The notes: generated from the sequence alone by a model not told the origin. Positions 15,353 to 63,297 are shown, counted from the first letter of the stretch. The stretch is DNA of 64,000 bases from the human T2T-CHM13v2.0 reference genome, Homo sapiens (GCF_009914755.1 NC_060943.1), one strand, 5' to 3'. A program made the numbers and translations.

Positions 15353-15439
15353 GGAAGCGGAAATGCGTGTACGGTATTAAAGGCGTCGCCTCGCCCCTCG
15401 CCTTCCTCTTTCCGTCTCAGGTCGCCGCTGCGGAGGGAG
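15353..15439 (+). promoter_or_regulatory. RPL28: RPL28 core promoter and non-coding exon 1 (TCT/5'TOP)
   Basis: Tandem ETS/GABP sites GGAAGCGGAAAT at 15353-15364, TATA-like TATTAAA at 15375-15381, pyrimidine start CTCTTTCC at 15406, donor GAG|GTGAGC at 15439/15440, and YY1-like CGCCATCT at 15466 in intron 1. Confidence 0.85.
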
Positions 15440-15795
15440 GTGAGCGTTCGTCTTCCTCGCGTGGTCGCCATCTCCGGCCCGCCGCGCACTCCCTCTCAGT
15501 CCTCTGCCTGCCTTCTCCCCTTGCGCCTCAAGGGTCATTGGCGGACCCCAACCCCTCCCCGTGAAGTCGTTGTGAATTTTCAAGTTATTTTCCCCTCACT
15601 CTCATTCGCCGCAGCTAGTCTCGGCTGCCTGAATTCGGTCCCGCCGCCTTAGGTCACTCAGTCCCGCCTGACAAGAGTTCTAGGTCGCTGTCTGCCCTCA
15701 GGGGTCTCCCATTCACCCAAGTTCCCAGTCGCTCTCTTCCTCTGCTGTCCGAGCGTGGCCCGTGGCCTAACGCTGCTTTAGTTCTCTGTGTCTGA

Positions 15796-17806
<2,011 letters not shown>

Positions 17807-18609
17807 GCCCCCTGCCCCCAGAGCAATAAAGTCAGCTGGCTTTCTCACCTGCCTCGACTGGGCCTCCCTTTTTGAAACGCTCTGGGGAGCTCTGGCCCTG
17901 TGTGTTGTCATTCAGGCCATGTCATCAAAACTCTGCATGTCACCTTGTCCATCTGGAGGTGATGTCAATGGCTGGCCATGCAGGAGGGGTGGGGTAGCTG
18001 CCTTGTCCCTGGTGAGGGCAAGGGTCACTGTCTTCACAGAAAAAGTTTGCTGACTTGTGATTGAGACCTACTGTCCCATTGTGAGGTGGCCTGAAGAATC
18101 CCAGCTGGGGCAGTGGCTTCCATTCAGAAGAAGAAAGGCCTTTTCTAGCCCAGAAGGGTGCAGGCTGAGGGCTGGGCCCTGGGCCCTGGTGCTGTAGCAC
18201 GGTTTGGGGACTTGGGGTGTTCCCAAGACCTGGGGGACGACAGACATCACGGGAGGAAGATGAGATGACTTTTGCATCCAGGGAGTGGGTGCAGCCACAT
18301 TTGGAGGGGATGGGCTTTACTTGATGCAACCTCATCTCTGAGATGGGCAACTTGGTGGGTGGTGGCTTATAACTGTAAGGGAGATGGCAGCCCCAGGGTA
18401 CAGCCAGCAGGCATTGAGCAGCCTTAGCATTGTCCCCCTACTCCCGTCCTCCAGGTGTCCCCATCCCTCCCCTGTCTCTTTGAGCTGGCTCTTGTCACTT
18501 AGGTCTCATCTCAGTGGCCGCTCCTGGGCCACCCTGTCACCCAAGCTTTCCTGATTGCCCAGCCCTCTTGTTTCCTTTGGCCTGTTTGCTCCCTAGTGTT
18601 TATTACAGC

Positions 18610-20002
<1,393 letters not shown>

Positions 20003-21023
20003 TAACCACCTCCTTGCCTGCCCTGGAGGCTTGTGCCTCTAGGCCCCACCCCCTGTGGAGTCCTGCTGGCTTTCTCCATCCCTATCTGAATCCTCCCTGC
20101 TGTGTGGCCTCCCCTGGTCTCATCCGTAACACAGCCCAGCTTAGTGGGCCTCTGTTCCTGCGGGTGGCCAGCCTGTCTGTGTGGCTGGGCTGGGGAGGCC
20201 ACGTCTGGTATCTGAATGCTATCGGTGGGTTGGGGTGGAGGAACCAGGAGAGGGCTGGAGGGAGGGAGATGGTCTCAGCCCCACAGAGTTTGGAGTCCTC
20301 AGTGTGCTGAGCAAACGTGGAGACACCATTTCCCTCCTCTAGACCTCATCTTGGAGAGAGAGATGTTGGATGGGGCCATCTATTCCAGCTTTATTCACAC
20401 AAATCATGTCTGTTGGCCTGGAAATTGGAAAACCAGTTAAACCAAAAACATGATATTAAGAAAACAGGCAGGCTCACCATAGTAAAAATGCTGAAAGCCA
20501 AAGACAAAATTGGGAGAACAAAAGAAAAGCGTCTTGTCACATACAGAAGGTCCCTGATAAAGTTAGTAGCTGCCCTCATCAGAAACCAGGCCCAGGCAGT
20601 GGGGACACATCCAGAGTGCTGAAAGAACCTCCCCCAGGTCATCCTATCCCCAAGAGTGATGCCCGGCAGCATTCCCAGCTCAGGGCTAATGGTTCACGGA
20701 AGCCAGGAATCAAACTGCCTGGGTTCCAGTCCCAGCTCTGCCAGTTATGCCCAGCTGTGGGGACTTGGGCAGCTCGTTTAGTAGCACCGTGCCTCAGTTT
20801 CCCATATGTAAAAGGCCATTTTGAGTGCCTTTCACAGCCCTGCATAAGGCAGGTGTCTCAGTGTTCACTGCTGTCTCTCCAGCTCTTAGTCCAGTAGCTG
20901 CATGGTGAGTGAGCGTAGGGCGCACCCTGGAAGGCTGCCAAGCCCAAAGTTGTGCAGAGCGCTGGGGACTCCAGACTCCCCACAGCAGCAGAGACTCGGG
21001 ACTGAGGCATCCTCTGTTCACAG

Positions 21024-21209
21024 GACATGCTGGCATCTACTGGGTCAGGGCTCTGCTGCTCGGTGGCTGTGCAACCTTGGGCAAGTTCCTCAACCTCTCT
21101 GTGTCTTCGTACCCTCATCTGTAACATGCGTGTCGATAGACCCTACTACTCAGGGTTGATGAGAAGATTAAATGTGCAAAACCTGCTTGACTGTGCCCAC
21201 AAATCCTGA
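21024..21209 (+). CDS. RPL28: RPL28 alternative last exon, MIR-derived (169-aa isoform)
   Basis: Acceptor cctctgttcacag|GAC is in phase with the exon-4 donor. Encodes DMLASTGSGLCC...DCAHKS*, with AATAAA at 21217-21222. Overlaps a MIR core. Confidence 0.7.
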   Translation, partial: DMLASTGSGLCCSVAVQPWASSSTSLCLRTLICNMRVDRPYYSGLMRRLNVQNLLDCAHKS

Positions 21210-21709
21210 TTGTAGGAATAAATTAATGACTTTTTATAAATATTTTGATCAGATGGACTCAGATGATCACAGATGTCTTCACATGCCTATGACTAATTTG
21301 TACACAAACTAATGCTCGTGTTTCCCAAGCACCTGGAAGACATGCCAGATCCATGTGCAGTAATGCCTGGTGGCTCCAGGTCTGCCCCGCCGTCCTGTGG
21401 GGCTGTGAGCTTTCCCAGCCTCCTGCCCGTGTTTGTGAATATCATTCTGTCCTCAGCTGCATTTCCAGCCCAGGCTGTTTGGCGCTGCCCAGGAATGGTA
21501 TCAATTCCCCTGTTTCTCTTGTAGCCAGTTACTAGAATAAAATCATCTACTTTAAAATCTTTCATTATGAAATATGCATGTGGTCTTGAAAAACTGCAAA
21601 TGAAAGAAGAGTATGCAGGGGAAGAAAATCTCAGAATCCCAGCCCCTAAGTTAGCCACCTGTGCTTCTCCTTTTTGGAAACTTCACACATATGCATGCAG
21701 ATCTCCTCT

Positions 21710-28919
<7,210 letters not shown>

Positions 28920-28920
<1 letters not shown>

Positions 28921-29230
28921 GTTTAGTGTTTTAACGGAGGTTTCATTACATGGGCATATTAGACAAATCATTGACCATTGGTCATTGACCTCAACCTTCA
29001 GCCCCTCTCTTCCCAGAGGTTGGTAGGTATGGGTGGGGCTGAAATTCCCAACTGTCTAATTCGGTCTTGGTATTTCTAGTGACCAACCCCCTTCCTGAAG
29101 CTACGCAGGGGCCCATCACAGATGGCTTCATTAGGACAAAGACTGCTCCTATTAATACCCAGGAGATTCCAAGGGATTGAGGAACTCTGTCAGGGCTAAG
29201 GGCAAATATTATTTTTATTATGCACTTCGC
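28920..29230. mobile_element. LTR fragment (MER21-like)
   Basis: Resembles the MER21-family LTR as recalled: ggaggtttcattaca...tcaaccttcagcccctct...ggagattccaaggg. Confidence 0.55.
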
Positions 29231-29849
29231 TAAATTATTTCAGTGGGTTCCGAGGCCCAGGATGCAGGCACCTTCCTTCAGCAAGGACTGTTTGCTTCCC
29301 TCATGCAGAAATGGTTGACGATAAACGCAGAGCTTAAGATTTCTTGGATGGCCAGTGATGTGAATTTGATCTGAAAATCTGAAGGGTTTCTTCCCTTGTC
29401 TTTCCTTCGCTCCCTGCACTGCTAGAGGTAGAGAGGAGTGCAGACTTTTGGTTCCTTTTCTCCCTTAGCTTGGGAGATTGTCACTGGAGGCAAGGGCTCA
29501 AGGAAGGGTCAGACCCCTTTCAGAGGCTGAGCCGTTTCAACCTCAGCTGTTTTATTAGAATAGGCAAATTCTTTCAGGACAAAAGCAGCCTTTGAGTTTT
29601 CCACTCTCCTATGGGTCAGAACTTGTAGATTTTTATTGTAAATGTATTTTACTTTTTGTAGAGATGGGATCTCACTGTGTTGCCCACGTTCGTCTTTAAC
29701 TCCTGGCCTCAAGTGATCCTTTCACCTCCTAAAGTTGGGATTACAGGCGTGAGCCATTGCGCCTGGCCTATTTTTAATTTTTTTAAAATTAATGAGACAT
29801 TGGTCTAAATAACCTAAACGCATTAATAGAATGGGAAGTTTCCCCACCC

Positions 29850-30255
29850 CCTGGTGTGCACACCCAGGTTAATCCCTTCCCCTTGAGGGCAGAAACTAAG
29901 ACTAAGCTGGGATCTTACCCCTGTGATTTAGTCATTATCACTTAAGTATCTGGATGGGCCTGACCTAATCCGGTGAGCACCTCAAAGGGAATGGGCCCTT
30001 AAATCAGACCTGCCAGGGCCCAAGGAGGGGCAGCTTCTTGGAGCTAAGACCCTAGTTCTACGAGGACTGAAATCAGCCAACAACCATGAGCATGGAAGAG
30101 GACCCAGACTAAGGAACACCAACAACCAATACCTCAATTTTAGCCTGCAAAGCACTGAGCAGAGACTAGCTCAGCCGTGTCCAGACTTCCAACACAAAGT
30201 CTGAAGTGGGTGTTGTTTTAAGCCGCTGGCTTTGTGATCTGTTGTGCAGAAATAC
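29850..30255 (+). mobile_element. MaLR MLT1-family LTR remnant
   Basis: MLT1-like motifs: cagccaacaaccatgag...ggaagaggaccc...gtgttgttttaagccgct. Confidence 0.6.
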
Positions 30256-30887
30256 ATGTGGGAACAGGCTTTGCTGCCCACAAGGGAAAAACCAATCTTT
30301 AGCACAAAGCAGGATCAGATGATTCAAGGGGACCGAACCTTGGCCCAGTCCAGAACCAGACAGACGAGGCGAGCCTCATGCCAGACTGCTGGCACCTGGC
30401 CGTCCTGAGCAGGAATACCACTGCCACACCAACGTGGCCATTATTCTAGAGGGAGAAGTATAGGGCAGTGCCGCTCAGGCCACCAGGAGCAGCTCCAGGT
30501 CCTCGCCCCATTTTAGATTGGAAATCTGACTCCAAAGAGGGGTTGTGACCGCTCTACCTCCACAGAACAAAGAGGTGGACCCAAACCTCAAACAGCAAGG
30601 CTGGTGAGCTAGATGGACCCACTGCTGCAGTCCATGAGGCTTTACAAGGACCCAGGGCCTGTGCAGGGGAGCCAAACTCCCAGAGCCACATGGCACCATG
30701 CAGCGGTCCTGGGGCATCTGTGAGACACAGAAGCTGCTTTTCCAACTTTATTTAGAAAAACAAATCCAGGTCCCAGTGCCCCCTGTACCCTCCCCGACCC
30801 CAGCCATAATTTAAATAACTTAGAGACAGAGTTGGAGGGAGGGGACAGGAGAGGTTGGGGTCACGGTGGAAGGAGGAAGAGAGCCCA

Positions 30888-37042
<6,155 letters not shown>

Positions 37043-38567
37043 GGCTGCGGCCGGCCGGGGGCGGGTCCCCCCGGCCCCCTTCCTGCGTTCTTCGGTCCGC
37101 CGGCCGGGGCGGGGGGCCCAACTGCTGCCGCTGCGGCCCTGGAGAGGCCCCGGCGGCCCCGCTCCGCTCCCCGCTGCCTCCGACGTCCGCCGCGCACAGC
37201 GTAGACCAACCCGCCGCCCCGGTGCCCGGCAGCACTGAGCCGGCCGCGCGCGCACCACTGCCTCTTTATAACCGCCCGCAGGCCACGCCCTCCGCGGCCC
37301 CTCAGCTCCGAGCCTCAACCGTGACGTCAGCGCGCACGTTCCTTGGTTTTCGACGCGCTCGCTCCCTTCCCCGCAAACTATGGTCAGAAGCGAGGGAAGT
37401 GGCGGAGAGGGCTGGGTAGCGGGCCGGCCAATGGGGGCCCGCGGGGGTCGGGAGGGTTCTCAAAGAACGGAGGGGCTGAAAAGGGGAAGAAGAGAGGAAG
37501 GGGGACGGGGAAGGCGACGCGGCCGCTGATTGGACCGTTTGAATGAGACGCCGCCACGGCCCGGCATACGCGCGGGCGCGCCCTGACGCTGAGGAAGTCG
37601 CGCACGCGACTAACGGTCTTCCTGGGGGCCGGAGCGTGGCGAGGGGAGGCGGGACTCGGGGTTTTAAACGCGTGATGGAAGGCGCTCGGGCCAATAGGGA
37701 TGCGCTTTAGTGACTGGTGGGTCACGAGACTCGCATGGGCCAATGACTGATAGAGACCGGTCAGAGGGCGACCCAGTTTCGTGCAGATCAAACCGCTGCC
37801 AGCCAACGAAATCCGTTGATTTTTGTATATGCAAATGAAGTGTGCGCTGCCGCCCGCGCCCCCTCCTTTGAGCCGTGGTGGAGGTGGGCGCTGGAACTCC
37901 GACTACATTTTTCTATGAGGCGCCATTTTGTGCTGGAAATGCTCTTGGACCCACGTCCTGTATTGCTAAGGCTCAAAGATCAGTCAGAATGACCTTGAAG
38001 GCTTGGACAGCCTTGCACTCCGTGTGTGACCCCCACTCCTGCCAGGCTTCATCGAAGACGCCAGCCTCAGTTTCCTTATGTGACAAATGGGCACTGGGAT
38101 CCGTTGTATTGCCAGGGAAAGAAGTCAGAGAGTGCCAAGACGGTTATTCACGGCATGGTTATGCCTATGACTGACCCATGGCCTCCAGCCACACCCGCCT
38201 TCTCTGGGACTCAGTTTCCCTCTCTAGGAAATGGACACATAGCTGCCTGGAAAAGGGACCATCTCCAGCCCTCAGTGTCAGTAAAAACGTCAGGCAATTG
38301 CTTGAGAACGGTGGCCAGAGCTCCCTGAGCAGGCCTTTTGGAGGGGCTTAGAGAGGAGGAGGGAATGCTGAAGTTGGCCTTCCTTTGCTCATCTGTGCAG
38401 TGCGGTCGCAGTGCCCTCTCGGTGTCTCTGCCAGTCTGTGCGTCCACAGCTCTTCTTAGTTTCTTGGCCTTTTTCAGCCATGGATGAGAGCATTAACATC
38501 TGGGCCTAATTTGGCCACAGGTACCTGAAAAGACCCCTGGCTACCAGCTTCCCCTCATGGGGCCTCA

Positions 38568-41230
<2,663 letters not shown>

Positions 41231-41289
41231 TAGGTAGGGAATACTCTCTGTTAACCATGTTTTTCCTCTGCTCTCATGCCACAATAATC

Positions 41290-43005
<1,716 letters not shown>

Positions 43006-43099
43006 ATTAAAATTGTGATGATGGTCGCAAAACTTTGTGGATATATACTAAAAACCATTGATTTATGTAGTTTATATGGGTGAATTCTATGATACATGA

Positions 43100-48570
<5,471 letters not shown>

Positions 48571-48663
48571 TAAAGGAATGCACCAAGTGTTGTGCAAAAA
48601 GATGTTCCTCAAGTATTGTTTAGAGTAGTAAAAACTAGGGAAAACCCAAACATCTATTGGTAG

Positions 48664-49809
48664 TGATGGCAGGGGCTGCTGCTATCATGCTGGCTGCAGC
48701 AGGGAGGTGCAGCTGGGGCTGCACGTTTCATGGAGCCGGGGGAGCCCCGCCCCTTCTGAGTTGGGGCAGAGCTCCCCAGGTGTCACTGCAGTCACCCAAA
48801 CTGTGGCTGTGGATCTGAGCCTCCCTGTGCTCTTGGGGGTGAGGGGGGTGGTGCCAGGAACGGGCAGGATCTGTCCTCCTGGGTGCAGCTGCAGCCACCA
48901 GACCCGGTACTGCAAATCTGGGCCTCCAGCTCCACAGAGCAGGCAGGAGCTGGGACAAGTGGGAGCCCTGCCCCTTCTGAATTGGTGGGGTGGGAGCTTC
49001 TGGGTGCAGTGGCAACTGCCCTCCCAGGCATGGGACTCAAGAGTCTCTGCAGCCTGCACCCTTGGGGGCCCCAGGAAGGGCCCCCCATCCCTTCAGTCTC
49101 AGGGGTGCCTGTTCCCACTGCCTGGCTTCTCACCGCTCCTGGCTCCTGCTCCCATCTCAGATCAGTGGTTAGGGCAGAGCCCCGGGGCTGTGAATGGCAG
49201 TAGGAGGCCTGGGCAGAAGGGGGCAGTCCTAAGGAGGGCCTGAAGGCTGGGGGCTGGGCTATCAGTCCTGAGGACCAGAGTGGGGACACGCGGTGCCTCT
49301 TCTGGGCTGCCCATGGCTACCCATGGACCAATCAGCATGGACTTCCTTCCCTCTGAGGCCCATAAAAGCTCTGGGCTCAGCCAGAGCAGGGCAGGGGACA
49401 GCCAGAGAAGGAAGAGGGAGGAGAGAGGATTGGACTACCAGTGGCAGAGAAGAGCTACCTGCAGACTACCTGCTGGCAGAGAGGAGCCACCCCCACCAGG
49501 GCCTCCTCTCTGCTAAGAATTGCAGACATTAGGATGACCAGTTGTAGGGAGGAGCTACCCTCTCCAGAACCTCCTGTCTGCTGATAACTGAACACTCAAC
49601 AGATGACCTGCCTACAGAGAGGAGCTACCCACTGTGGGTCCTCTGAGCGGTTGTAACACTAAATCAAGCTCATCCTTGTCTTCTTCACCCTTCACTTGTC
49701 TGCGTACCTCATTCTTCCTGGACTCAGGACAAGAACTCAGGCAAAGGCATCATTGGCAACAGAGGTTTCCAGCGGGGAAGAAAATCTACACCCCAAAGAT
49801 CCTGTAGCA
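48664..49809 (+). mobile_element. ERV1 solo LTR (MER52-like)
   Basis: Starts TG and ends CA, with a 4-bp target-site duplication GTAG (48660-48663 and 49810-49813). MER52-like motifs gaggagctacccact and cagaggtttcc...acaccccaaagatcctgt. It interrupts an old L1 fragment. Confidence 0.8.
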
Positions 49810-50099
49810 GTAGGAACTGGGAAAAAATTATGCTGCATCCATACAACAGAATATGCTATAGCCACTGAAAATGAGGGAGGGTTTGTTGTTTTTTGAATCA
49901 CTGGTGTCTCGAAGAATCTGATGAAAGTACTGGATCCATTTCCCTGAAAAAAGCAAGTACAAATGCTAACGAATACATGTGAGAAGAATAATGAGTTTGG
50001 AAAATTATCATCTGAAGATTGCTGTTCAACTTTTGGAGAGTGATATTCAGATGCTTTGAAGACTTCCAATATTCAAACATCGTTGTAATGCCTGATTCA

Positions 50100-56750
<6,651 letters not shown>

Positions 56751-56814
56751 AAAATGCTTCCTAATTGTCATAAAAATGGACACTTCAGTGGACATCACCA
56801 TGCCATGCCTCCTC

Positions 56815-57845
<1,031 letters not shown>

Positions 57846-58189
57846 CCCACCCACACCCCTACGCTTTAATGCTATTCGGCCAAATAATTTGAATATAAGG
57901 AGGTGACCTCTAGAATCTACAAACAAATGCTCACATGCTCAGAGGACAGAGGGCTTTGTTAGGACAAAACCCAGAACTTAGAAGCACCTTACAGTGCACC
58001 CCCACATCCATCCCCTGACCCCTCAGCTAGGTGGTGGGCCCTGGCCTGGGAACAAATGCTTCAAGCCCAACCTTTGGCAAATTGCCCACCTACTACACCC
58101 AGCTACACGTTTGAGGCCAGGGGGCCTCCCCTGTGACCCATAAACGTGGGTGGAAATCCATCCTTTCTCCACAGTAAGCCTTGAGACCT

Positions 58190-61100
58190 TCGATCAGGAA
58201 AATGTCTATTTATTCCAAAAAATACCAAGTCGCAGCTCCTCTGGCTGTCCTCACCAGGGAATTAATTAGGGGAAGGGGCCAGTGTTGGAGAGGGGGTGGA
58301 GAGAGGAAGTGATGAGGAGGGAGGCAGAAGCTGTTGGAGGGTCTTCAGGTGTGGAACTATTTATCTTCTCCCTGTGAAGTGCCCCCTCCCATGCTCCCCC
58401 AACCAGACGGGGAGATGCCTGTGTGTGTGTGCTTGTGTATGCATGGGTTTGTGTGCATTTGCATTTGTTGGGGCATGGGGAAGTCTCAGATGACGAGGTC
58501 CCAGCTCAAGACATGTGGAGGGGAATTGTCAGTACACACCTGCTCCCACCCCTCAAGACCTCTCTCCTCTATGGCTTATTTGAGATCAAATCAAGGCCCC
58601 AGGGTCAGGCAGCCTGTGCCAACTGAATAGGGACAGGGCTAGGGGTGGGATCCCTGGAATCCAGGCTGGGCTAGAGCTAGTGGAGGGGGGATAAAAAAGC
58701 TGAAAGGCCCAGACCCCCAAATCCCGGCAGCTGGAGAAAGCTGAGTGTTCCGCGGAGGTGTTGAGCAGAGGGGAGGGGGCTGGGAGGGGGTGGGTGCTCA
58801 AGCTGGCTCCTTTCTGGGGAAGTCACAGTTGGCCTGAGCAGTGCGGGGCTGGGGAGGCCCTGGAAGGGATGGGAGGAGCCCCTCAGAGCAGCTAGAAGCC
58901 GTGGGGTTGAAAAACTGGCACCAGGGCCCAGGTGGATTTGGGTAACCCCCATTTCCTCAGTGTGGTGGGAACCAAGGGCCAGTTGTCTGCCCCAAGCTCC
59001 TGACAAGAAGGAGTGTGAGGTGCCAGTGTTTGCGGGGAGACATAAGAGGGAGGGGGACGGCCCAGGGGAGGAAGAAGAGGCCCCCCCCACCTCGCCCTAG
59101 GGGCTGGGGGAGGGGCGTGTAGCCCTTTAAGAGTGGGGGAATGGCCGCCCCCGCAACATGGCTATGTACAAAGAGAATTGAGGGAAGATTGTGCATTGGG
59201 TGCTGGGGACTTCCTGCCACCCCCGGAGGCTCCCCGGGTGTTAAGGTGTTAGGGAGGGAGGTGAAGGAGCACCCCTGGTCCCCGCAGATGTGCTGGCAGG
59301 GACCATTGCTCTCCAGTGTCCCTGCTGCAGGATGAGGCCAGCAGAAGACAGCACTGAAGGCCCCAGTCGGTCACCAGCTTTGACCCATCCCGCGGGGGTC
59401 AGGGATCTCTGAGGAGAATTTGGCCGGGGCCAGTGGAGTGCTGATCCTGGTAGGGGCCCAAGTGACAGGGATTGGGCAGGGGGCAGTGGCGTCACCTGAG
59501 GGTTGAAATGCTTCCTCTCTGGTGATAATGAGAGGTTGCTGGGTTGACCCTGTCACCAATCAGATGGCTGGGTGAGGGACAGCGCTGCTGTCAGGGGGGG
59601 CCTGGGTGCCTCACCGGGGGGTAAGGTGAGGTTGGCTGAGGCCACATCTGTGGTGGGATTGATGCAGGCATCATCCTCGGTCAGGAGTGAGGCAGTGACA
59701 TAAGGAGGGCCAGAGTAGGGGTGAAGTCTTCAGAGGGGGACAGCTGGCCCCACCCCTGTCCTTTTAGTGGAAACGGGAATATGGCCTGTTGTGCTGGTTC
59801 CCCTTAAGTGAACAACTGTAAGTACCATGCGGCCCCAGAGGACAACTGAAATACAGCCCGTCACGGTACTTGGCTCCTAAGATGATGGCTCTTGGGGGAT
59901 GATGGCACATGGTTACAGTGGACTCTGGGATGACACCAGGGTTATGGTGGATCCTAGTGGGTGGTGACAGCACTGGACCTCATGGATCCTGGGAGATGAT
60001 AACACCAGGGTCATGGTGGATCCTAATAGATGGTGACAACACTGGACCTCATGGATCCTGGGAGATGATAACACCAGGGTCATGGTGGATCCTAGTAGAT
60101 GGTGACAACACTGGACCTCATGGATCCTGGGAGATGATGACACCAGGGTTATGGTGGATCCTAGTGGATGGTGACAGCACTGGACCTCATGGATCACGGA
60201 TGATGACACCAGGGTTATGGCGGATCCTAGTGGATGGTGACAGCACTGGACCTCATGGATCCTGGGAGAAGATGACACCAGGGTTATGGTGGATACTAGT
60301 GGATGGTGACAGACAGCACTGGACCTCATGGATCCTGGGAGATGATGACACCAGGGTTATGGTGGATCCTAGTGGATGGTGACAGCACTGGACCTCATGG
60401 ATCACAGGAGATGATGACACCAGGGTCATGGTGGATCCTAGTGGATGGTGACAGCACTGGACCTCATGGATCACAGGAGATGATGACACCAGGGTTATGG
60501 TGGATCCTAGTGGATGGTGACAGCATTGGCTCTCGTGGATCCTGGCAGGTGATAACACCATAGTTGAAGTGGATACTGGGAGGTAGTGGCACATGTTTGA
60601 ATGAAATCCTGGGAGGTGGTGGCACATGGTTGAAGTGGATCCCTGGAGATGATGACACCATGCATCCCTGCAAATGATGATGACACTATTGGGCATCATG
60701 GGTCTTGGGAGGTGATGACACCAAAATCATGAGGGATTATGGGAAATGGTGGAATCATCAGTCCTAGTGGATTTCAGTAGAGGATGTCTCTGTCAGGTGT
60801 AGTGGATTCTGGAAGGTAATGTCATCACTGGTCATGGTGGAATCTAGGAGATGATGACACCGTCAGCTGTGGTGGCTCCTGAAAGATGATGACACCATGG
60901 TTGTGAGGAATCATGGAGGATGGTGACACCATTGGCTATGGGGAGTCTTGGCAGATGGTGACACCATTAGTCATGGTAAATCCTGGAAGAAGATGATACC
61001 ATAGTTGTGGGTCATAGGTAATCCTGGGGAAGGATTCCATCCTCAGACATGGGTAACACTTGACCCCGGGTGTGGTGCCATCATGAGTGGCGGGTGTTGT

Positions 61101-62610
61101 GTGATGCTGACAGTGTCAGTGAGGGCAAGAGTAGGTGTACCCCAAGCACCTCCCCCCAGTAGAAGGCTAGGACTTTGTTGACAGAGGTGATTGTCTCTAG
61201 ATATGGCAGAAAGAAAAGTGAGGCCAGGCTATGGGACACCTATGAGTGCCAGAACTCCAGGATCCTGGTGATCCAGAGTGGCCTCCTGGGAGCAGAAGGC
61301 CATCTGGAGGTCCTGTCTCCCAGGAGTCATGGCACAGATGTGGGATCCAAGGCCCCATTTCCCCTCAGAGGGTCTGGCAGAGATCCTGCTGGACATGTCC
61401 CTGGAGTCTGGGGAGGGAGCAACCAAGCTAAGTCATGGTGGGACAAGGCAGTAACTCTGGTGACACCACCAATACCGATGGCCTTCCAGAGTGGGCAGTG
61501 CCTCTGAGGAGGAAGCTCTGGTGATGCCATCACAGCATTGGGGGTAGGGGTGTCACTGCCAACAGCCTACACAGACCATCATCTCTGGAGGAGGCCCTCC
61601 ACATGGGCGGCTCCCCAGCGATGCTTCCTTCAGACAACATCTCAGGACAGGGCCCCTCTCTGCTCTCTGGCATCTTCCCTGGGGTGGTCCTGGACTCTGG
61701 GCCTGCCCTGCCTTCTACAACATGGTGGCAGCAGTGGAGGCATCTCTTTGTGCCATCTCAGAGCACATAGCATCTGGGCGACATCACAGAAGGGACCTCC
61801 TCCTGGAGAGGTCCCAGAGTGGGTGGTCATCTCTGGTGATGACATCACAGGAAGAGGCACGGTCCCTCTGATGACGTCATAGGGCAAGGCACCTTCTCTG
61901 GTGATGGCATCACAGGAAGGAGGCAGGGTCCCTGTGATGATGTTGTGAAAAGGGGACCTTATGTCTAGTGAGGACACAATCGGTGAGGCATTTTCCCCTG
62001 CGACGTGTCCCAGGAAGATGGCTTTGTCTGTAATGATGACATCATAGGACAGAGGCATCTTCTCTGCTGCAAAGACACAGGGAGAAAATATCTTCCCCAT
62101 GGCGATGATGCCAAAAGAGGCCTTGGAGTTAGAGATGACATCATCCAGGTGAGATTGTCTCTGCAGTGACACCACAGGAAGGAATGTCATGGAACAAGGC
62201 GTCGTCTCTGTTATTATACCACAAGAAGGAAGCCTCTGAGGACACCATAGAACATGGACATGGCCTCCAGCGCTGACCTCACGGGCCGGCCTCTTCCTCT
62301 GTGATGACCTCATGGGAACGAGGCTTTGTCCCTGTGATGACATCACAGAACACAGACATTTTTGCTAGTGATGACCTCATGAGCCGGCCTCTTCCTCTGG
62401 GATGACATCATGGGAAGGAGGCCTTGGCTCAAGCAGTGAAGTAATAGGAGGAGGAATCTTGTCTGCCAGGACATCCCAGAAGGAGGCTTTCACTCCTGTC
62501 CAAGGGCCGATCTGGGCCCCAGGCCCCTGGCATGTGTGCGCCTGTGTCGGGGGATCCAGGCTGGGACGGGGGGCCCGGGAGGCCGCAGCCCCCCAGACCC
62601 GGCCCTGGCC
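58190..62610 (-). other. SHISA7: SHISA7 3' UTR (about 4.4 kb)
   Basis: Alu-free stretch from the stop codon to AATAAA on the minus strand at 58214-58209. The cleavage site is approximate. Confidence 0.75.
59929..60560. repeat. 69-bp minisatellite (about 9 copies) in the SHISA7 3' UTR, with degenerate flanks to about 61050
   Basis: Unit gatgacaccagggttatggtggatcctagtggatggtgacagcactggacctcatggatcctgggagat; 23-aa periodicity is visible in the ORF track. Confidence 0.92.

Positions 62611-63297
<687 letters not shown>

Noticed and set aside
59909-60563. CRISPR-like array or repeat-protein ORFs
   Set aside because: The units are contiguous with no unique spacers, there are no cas genes, and the context is human. 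The ORFs frameshift and lie in a 3' UTR.
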